A DNA stretch of 63,240 bases, the filler included, from Licmophora abbreviata (lineage: Eukaryota), in assembly GCA_900291995.1 (NCBI GenBank). It is 15 parts of 15 records of this genome, joined end to end, with 100 filler letters (N's around TTAATTAATTAA, not from the genome) between each part and the next. Parts side by side here need not be neighbours in the genome. Positions count along the whole stretch, not along the records: positions 55,432 to 58,278 come from OLMU01002730.1; positions 58,379 to 60,455 come from OLMU01002731.1; positions 60,556 to 63,240 come from OLMU01002732.1; 12 more parts are not named here. One strand, 5' to 3'. Under the pieces are notes generated by a model. The model saw nothing but the letters and a program-made list of their open reading frames with translations. It was not told the DNA's origin and made no database searches. Below are positions 57,421-63,240 of the stretch, piece by piece. Position numbers and translations under genes: made by a program. Numbering within the stretch: the stretch's first letter is position 1; each line of letters opens with the position of its first letter.

Positions 57421-57446
57421 CGGGAGAGCGCTTTCGAAAGGGAAAG

Positions 57447-57536
57447 TGGCGGAGAGACAGGGATTCGAACCCTGGAGACGGTTACCCGCCTACACGCGTT
57501 CCAGGCGTGCGCCTTCGACCACTCGGCCACCTCTCC
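57447..57536 (-). tRNA. tRNA-Ser(GGA), 90 nt, CCA encoded
   Basis: GGAGAGGTGGCCGAGTGGTCGAAGGCG CACGC-CTGGAAC-GCGTG, long variable arm, GGTTCGAATCC, TCTCTCCGCCA. Confidence 0.96.
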
Positions 57537-57545
57537 GTGGCGCCT

Positions 57546-57575
57546 TCTTTAACGCCGGGCTATCCGGCAATTCAA
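57546..57575 (-). promoter_or_regulatory. Possible sigma70 promoter for tRNA-Ser
   Basis: TTGAAT, 17-18 nt spacer, (T)TAAAGA, ending about 10 nt upstream of the tRNA 5' end. Confidence 0.35.
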
Positions 57576-57595
57576 GCGCTTTCTGACACGCCGCC

Positions 57596-58461
57596 TCAAT
57601 CAGCCAGATGCAGATAGACACGGCGGTTCTGGCGGCCCTTCTTTTCCATCTTTCCAAGACGCAAGGAACCGATCTGCGCGGTGCTCGCGACATGCGTGCC
57701 GCCACAGGGCTGCAGATCGACCTGATCGCTGCCCTGACCGATCCGCACCAGACGGATGCGCCCTGCCCCTTTGGGCGGCGCGACCGATAAGGTTTTGACA
57801 AGGCCCGGAGTCGCTGCAAGGTCCTCTTGGGTGATCCAATCCTCGGTCACCGGCAGATCACGCGCGACAAGGTCGTTCAGCGCAGCCTCGATGGCGACGA
57901 TATCATCGGGAGCCTCTGGCATGTCGAAATCCAGACGCCCCTTCGTCTCTGCAATCGAGCCGCCCGTGACCGGCAGCGGGATCACCACGGACAGCAGGTG
58001 CAACGCCGTGTGCACACGCATATGTCCAAAGCGCCGCCGCCAATTGAGCGCCTGCTGCACATGCGCGCCCACAGGCGGCAAGGGTTCGGGCTCTGCCGGA
58101 ACCAGCACGATCGCATCCCCCTCGGACTTGAGCGTGGTCGCCACCTCGAGCCGGCCGCCGTCCCACTCGAGCGAGCCGCTGTCGCCGGGCTGTCCGCCGC
58201 CTGTCGGATAGAAGATCGTTCGATCGAGGATGATCCCACCCTCCGGGGTATGTCCAATGACCTGACCGCCGACATCCGNNNNNNNNNNNNNNNNNNNNNN
58301 NNNNNNNNNNNNNNNNNNNNNNTTAATTAATTAANNNNNNNNNNNNNNNNNNNNNNNNNNNNNNNNNNNNNNNNNNNNATCCCACCCTCCGGGGTATGTC
58401 CAATGACCTGACCGCCGACATCCGCCAGATAGGGATCCGTCAAAAAGAGCGGCGTCGTCAT
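57596..58461 (-). CDS. alaX: Free-standing alanyl-tRNA editing protein (AlaX); spans a false gap
   Basis: MTTPLFLTDPY, LDRTIFYPTGGGQPGD, MRVHTALHLL (HxxxH), QPCGGTHV (CxxxH). The 46 nt at 58233-58278 are duplicated at 58379-58424. Confidence 0.92.
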
Positions 58462-60928
58462 ATCGGTCCTCCATCCCCACCCCCGTCTGCGCCCCCGTCG
58501 CCGGCATCGTCGGACACATCATGGTCGCGTCTTGCTTCATGAGACCCCTTGGTGTCCTTGTGCTGCGCACCCGCCGACACCACGTCCCCGCCTCGCAGCG
58601 CTTCGGGGTTGCGCAGCCAGATATCGCGCTGCGCATACGGAATTTCGATCCCTTCCTCGGCAAAGCGTCGGGCAATCTCGTGGTTCATGTCCGACTTCAC
58701 GTCGAGCACCCAGTTCACGTCACGCAAAATGGCACGGATCTCGAAATCCATGGAGCTTTCGCCAAACCCCTGAAAAACCACCGCAGGCGCCGGATTGACC
58801 AACACCATCGGATGCGCCTCGGCGATCTCATGGAGGATTTTCTCGACCTTGCGGGTATCGGTGCCATAGGCCACGCCGACCGGCACGATCACACGGCCAA
58901 CCGTATTGCCCCGGGTGTAGTTGGTCACGGTGCCGGACACGAAATCGGCATTCGGTACGATCACGTCGGTCCGGTCGAAGGTTTCGATTCGGGTCGAGCG
59001 CACCGAGATATGCCGCACATAGCCGTGCTGGCCACCCACTTCGATCCAGTCGCCCTCGGAAATCGGACGTTCGATCAGCAATATGATCCCGGCCACGAAG
59101 TTGGACACAATATTCTGAAGACCGAAACCGATACCAACCGACAAGGCGCCTGCGACGATGGCCAGTGAACTCAGATCGATGCCAGCACTGGTGATCGCGA
59201 TGAGCGCCGCAAGGAAAATGCCGATATAACCCACACCCGAGACGATGGCATTGCGCCCGCCCATATCGATCCGCGTCTTGGGCAGGACCGTATTTTTCAA
59301 CGCCGCCTGCAACAGTCTCGTGGCGACAAGGCCCACTGCAAACACAACCGCCAGCGTCAGAAAAATCACCGGAGACAGCCGCGTCTCCCCGATATAGACA
59401 CCGTCCACGAACTGCGTCCACAGCTCGGTCAGATCGGTCACGCGCGCGCCCCAGATCAGCGCAAAGACAGGCAAGGACAAAACAACCAGAGCCGCACCGA
59501 TCAGAACGGGGACCAGCGACTCGGCCGCACCTTCCAGATTGCCCGTAACCAGCGCATAAAGCTCGACCACGACGCGCTGCAGGATCAGCAGACCGGCCAA
59601 CAGCATCAGCGATAAAACCGACGGGTAGAGCAGGAATTTGGCCAACGCGAAATAACCGATCAGCGCCAGAACCGGCGCGACCGCGGCCAGAACGACGAGA
59701 ACCCTGACCAATATGCGTGTGGTTTTCGTGCGATAAGTCTCTTCCCCGCTGTCATCGGTGCCGGCATCGGCATGGGCCTTCAGCAGACGGGCCAGACGCC
59801 ATAGCAGAAACGCCACCGTGACCAGGATCGGAAACAGGATGACATTGGCCGAGGCCGCCGACCATCCGAACACATCCGTCATCCGGTCGAGCACATGCAG
59901 CACCGCGGTCGCCAGCCCCAGCGAGGCGCCATACCAGCGACCCGCCCGCCGACCTTCAGAGGACAGGTTGAGCGGCAGACCCCGCATCTCGTCCACCGGA
60001 AAGACACGCGTCGCAAGCCAACGCGCCGCCATGAAGATCACCGCGGCCAGCACAAGTTGGTTCAACAGCTGGCTGGTCCGGTGTCCTGCCAGACCAGTGG
60101 CCTGAATGACCAGCGAGATGATGATGAACCCAAGCAGCGGGACCATCAGACTGCCAAGCGACACCAGAAAGCCGACAATCCAGCGACCGGTGGTTTGACC
60201 GTCTCTCAGGATGCGGTTCGACAGTTTGCGGCTCCATGCCCTGCCCCGCGCCAGAAACAGCAAACCCAGAAGCCCGAAGGTCAACAAAGCCGGAAGCCGG
60301 CCCGTTGCCTGCTCGCGCTGGAACTGATTTCGCAAGCCCGACCGGAATTCATCCACCAGTGCCGTGCCCCCGGCGATCAACGCCTTGGCAGCATCCGTCC
60401 AAAGTGTCGGATTGGCTGGGGACGGGCCGAATTCCAGAAGTGCCTCCGCCTGACGNNNNNNNNNNNNNNNNNNNNNNNNNNNNNNNNNNNNNNNNNNNNT
60501 TAATTAATTAANNNNNNNNNNNNNNNNNNNNNNNNNNNNNNNNNNNNNNNNNNNNCTGTCAGCCGCGCGGTCAGCTGCTCGCGCTCCTGTGCAATTTCCG
60601 CCGACTCGCCGCCGTCTTCCGGCGCAGGCCCGAGCGCCTCGAGTTGTCGCTGCACGGTCGCGATCGTGTTGGCGTTGGCATCTTCCTCGCGCTGGAACCT
60701 TTGCCGCCATGTCACCAATTCCGAGCGCAGCGATTCAAGCGCCGGGGTCGAGGCGCGTTCCGCCTCCACCGCCTCTTCGGCACGCAGGGCCGTGCGCTCC
60801 CACGCGTCATAGTCGATCGGTTCGGCTTGTTGTTGCTGCGCATTGGCAGCCCATTGCAGAGGCCCACCCGCAAGTCCCGACGCCATGATGAGCGTCAGGA
60901 ACAGAAGAAGGGTCCGCAACAGCCGCAT
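58458..60928 (-). CDS. mscS: DUF3772-type large MscS-family mechanosensitive channel, interrupted by gap 60456-60555
   Basis: Signal peptide MRLLRTLLLFL, coiled N-region (LGPAPEDGGES), many TMs, GALSVGIGFGLQNIVSNFVAGIILL.ERPI..GDWIE, VGVAYGTD. Confidence 0.9.
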
Positions 60929-61959
60929 CACTCGACAAAGACCCCCGGAATGCTGCGCGGAGCCTCGATCATCCAGTCCGGCGTCGGCAGGCCTTTTTCC
61001 CTCAGGAAATCCGGGTTGAAGAGTTTGGATTGATAGCGGGTGCCATAATCGCACAGGATGGTCACGATGGTATGGCCCGGCCCCATCTCGCGCGCCATGC
61101 GCATGGCGCCTGCGATGTTGATGCCGCTCGATGCGCCCATGCACAGGCCCTCGTGTTCCAAAAGATCGAAAACAATGGGAAGGCCTTCATCATCGGGCAC
61201 CTGACAGGCGAAATCCGGCGTGAACCCTTCAAGGTTGCGAGTGATCCGCACCTGTCCGATCCCTTCGGCGATCGAACTGCCCTCGCCCTCCAGGGCGCCT
61301 GTCGTGTAATAGGAATAAAGCTTCGCGCCCATCGGATCCGCCAGCCCGATCTTGACCCCCTTGGGTTGCAGCGCCATGCCGACACCCGCCAATGTGCCGC
61401 CCGATCCCACGGCACAGCAGAAGCCATCGACCTTTCCGCCGGTCTGCTCCCAGATTTCCGGCCCGGTTCCTTCGATATGGGCCTGACGATTTGCGACATT
61501 GTCGAACTGATTGGCCCAAATCACCCCATTGGGTTCGGTTTTTGCAAGTTCTTGCGCCAAACGCTCGGAATATCTGACAAAATTGTTGGGATTTGAATAC
61601 GGCGCCGCAGGCACCTGAACCAGATCGGCCCCGGCCAGACGCAGCATGTCCTTCTTTTCCTGACTTTGGGTTTCCGGGATCACGATCACCGTCTTGAACC
61701 CGAGTGACGCGCCCACCAGCGCCAGCCCGATCCCGGTATTGCCGGCTGTCCCCTCGACGATCGTGCCGCCCGGCTTCAGCTCTCCGCGCCGGATGGCATC
61801 GCGGATGATGAACAAAGCCGCGCGGTCCTTGACCGATTGACCGGGATTCATGAATTCCGCCTTGCCCAGAATCTCGCACCCCGTCGCCTCGCTGGCCCGT
61901 CTCAGCCGGATCAGAGGGGTGTTGCCGACCGCATCGGCCAGATCCTTTGCAATTCGCAT
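60928..61959 (-). CDS. cysK: Cysteine synthase A (O-acetylserine sulfhydrylase)
   Basis: VGNTPLIRL, KAEFMNPGQSVKDR (PLP lysine), EGTAGNTGIGLA, NQFDN, GSGGT, EGIG. Confidence 0.95.
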   Translation of the reverse strand: MRIAKDLADAVGNTPLIRLRRASEATGCEILGKAEFMNPGQSVKDRAALFIIRDAIRRGELKPGGTIVEGTAGNTGIGLALVGASLGFKTVIVIPETQSQEKKDMLRLAGADLVQVPAAPYSNPNNFVRYSERLAQELAKTEPNGVIWANQFDNVANRQAHIEGTGPEIWEQTGGKVDGFCCAVGSGGTLAGVGMALQPKGVKIGLADPMGAKLYSYYTTGALEGEGSSIAEGIGQVRITRNLEGFTPDFACQVPDDEGLPIVFDLLEHEGLCMGASSGINIAGAMRMAREMGPGHTIVTILCDYGTRYQSKLFNPDFLREKGLPTPDWMIEAPRSIPGVFVE

Positions 61960-62014
61960 CGACGGGCTCCTTTTGTCAGGTTTCGATCAGACTTAGACCC
62001 CGAAGCACTGGAAC

Positions 62015-63124
62015 TCAAGCCGCGGAACGCAAGCGCTCACGCTCGCGCGACAACCAGATCAGCGCCAGGACAAGCGGGCCGTTATCGGCCTCGCCTGTGC
62101 CGAGCAGCGACATGGCGCGATCATAGGATATCAAATGCGTGCGGATATCCTCGTTTTCACTTGCCAGCCCGCCAAGCCCATGCCCGGCCTCGGGCAGATC
62201 GCATAGCCCCAGAAAGAGGTGGAAATACTCCGTCGAGGTGCCGGGCGTGCAATAATGCCTTGAAATCAGCTCCAATTCGCGTAACTCCAGCCCCGCCTCT
62301 TCGACGCATTCACGGCGCGCGGTCTGTTCGGGCGTCTCGCCGGCATCCACACGGCCAGCCACCGGCTCCAGCATCCAGGGGCGCGGATCGCCTCGCCCGT
62401 ATGGCCCCATGCGAAACTGTTCGACCAACAGCACGCGGTCATGCACCGGATCATAGGGCAAGACGATCGCCGCATCTGTCGCAACGAACACTTCGCGATC
62501 CACCACCGGGCTTGTCCCTCCGTCAAAGCCGGGATAGCGCAATTGATATTCGCGCGTCAGGAAATAGCCCTGATGCGGCGTGTCACGGCGCATGCACTCG
62601 ACTTGCGTGGCCGAGGTCGTGCTGCGCATATCCGCCGGTTTGCCGATCTGTGCCGCCTGACGCGCGGCGGCACGCGACAGGATCATCGGCATGCGCCACG
62701 CAAGCCCATCCGTCGTGACGCTCCCGTAATAGCCCATCGCTTCATGACAGGCCTCGATTGCGAGAGCGCCGAAATCCCTCTGCCAGTCGGACAGATCCAT
62801 CGGCTCAAGGTCCGAGCTTTCCGCCGCAACGACGCTCACGGCATCCCGACCCGATCCAAGGATCACATCCTTGCACTCAAGCCCGAGACCCTGTGCAAAA
62901 AACACCAGCCTCTCAAGCGCATCGGCGGACATATCCGTGATCGCCACCCCGTCCAGCGTGGCATCTGCTTTTCGAAACGCCACAGGAAAGACCGGCACCG
63001 CAGCCTCCCCCAAGCCGTGATCGGGTAATATATCCGGCAATAGCGCGCCCGGCTCCTGCCCGGTTATGCAGGTGAGCAAAGGCCGCCAAGCCAGAGGACC
63101 GTACAGGAATACAACCTTGGTCAT
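62015..63124 (-). CDS. trgB: TrgB-type NUDIX (ADP-ribose pyrophosphatase-like) hydrolase with an N-terminal extra domain
   Basis: Nudix box GRVDAGETPEQTARRECVEEAGL, LPYDP..D.VLLVEQFR, ENEDI. The order trgA-trgB-cysK matches the Rhodobacter sphaeroides locus. Confidence 0.85.
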   Translation of the reverse strand: MTKVVFLYGPLAWRPLLTCITGQEPGALLPDILPDHGLGEAAVPVFPVAFRKADATLDGVAITDMSADALERLVFFAQGLGLECKDVILGSGRDAVSVVAAESSDLEPMDLSDWQRDFGALAIEACHEAMGYYGSVTTDGLAWRMPMILSRAAARQAAQIGKPADMRSTTSATQVECMRRDTPHQGYFLTREYQLRYPGFDGGTSPVVDREVFVATDAAIVLPYDPVHDRVLLVEQFRMGPYGRGDPRPWMLEPVAGRVDAGETPEQTARRECVEEAGLELRELELISRHYCTPGTSTEYFHLFLGLCDLPEAGHGLGGLASENEDIRTHLISYDRAMSLLGTGEADNGPLVLALIWLSRERERLRSAA

Positions 63125-63125
63125 C

Positions 63126-63240
63126 TCACGACCACCGGCGCGAGACCCATTCCCCGATCAATCCGATCACCAGACCGCCTGCCACCAACACAGCGATGAG
63201 AGGCCCATCAACCAGGATAAGCAAATAATCTGCGCCGATC
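63126..63240 (-). CDS. trgA: 3' end of a TrgA-family membrane protein, partial at window edge
   Basis: IGADYLLILVDGPLIAVLVAGGLVIGLIGEWVSRRWS* directly upstream of trgB. Confidence 0.65.
   Translation of the reverse strand, partial: IGADYLLILVDGPLIAVLVAGGLVIGLIGEWVSRRWS

Larger units (their letters stand above)
49415..57446. mobile_element. Terminal part of a genomic island at the 3' end of tRNA-Ser: recombinase module plus type I R-M cargo
   Basis: Serine recombinase and defence genes lie directly 3' of a tRNA, with core housekeeping genes beyond it. The far att site is not in the window. Confidence 0.7.

Noticed and set aside
57256..57552. ORFs overlapping the tRNA region
   Set aside because: They are translations of the tRNA-Ser gene and its flank.
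60928..63240. trgA-trgB-cysK as a novel resistance system
   Set aside because: Already described in Rhodobacter sphaeroides; here it appears to be core chromosome outside the island.

Overview
This window is an assembly composite, not one replicon. Fourteen 100-nt linkers (N-run + TTAATTAATTAA + N-run) divide it. Positions 1-49314 are gene-dense eukaryotic nuclear DNA with short GT-AG introns and signal-peptide + 'xAF' bipartite plastid presequences, most consistent with a diatom. It carries BRF1, a PhyH-type dioxygenase, an FG-GAP membrane protein, an ankyrin protein, UPF2, REV3, a PC-esterase-like protein, plastid rubredoxin, SLC35F, VPS4, a GNAT, pyruvate kinase, CD2BP2, a 2OG-Fe(II) oxygenase, RRP45, a coiled-coil/PH/UIM protein, XPF, TCD and an ABC-F. 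Positions 49415-63240 are intron-free, GC-richer, operonic alphaproteobacterial (Rhodobacteraceae-like) DNA. This part has a large serine recombinase with a small HTH partner, then a type I R-M system (hsdM-hsdS-hsdR) and a SprT/YgjP-like HExxH protein, forming an island that abuts the 3' end of tRNA-Ser(GGA). Core genes follow: alaX, DUF3772-mscS, cysK, trgB, trgA. I found no clearly new system. The best leads are the recombinase-partner/defence-cargo island, the RM-coupled HExxH protein, a Zn-finger-like insertion in VPS4, a prokaryote-type (Lys117) pyruvate kinase with an intron, and a small repeat-bearing ORF. Three single-base frameshifts at homopolymers are probably sequencing errors. 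All family assignments come from motif recognition, not database searches.
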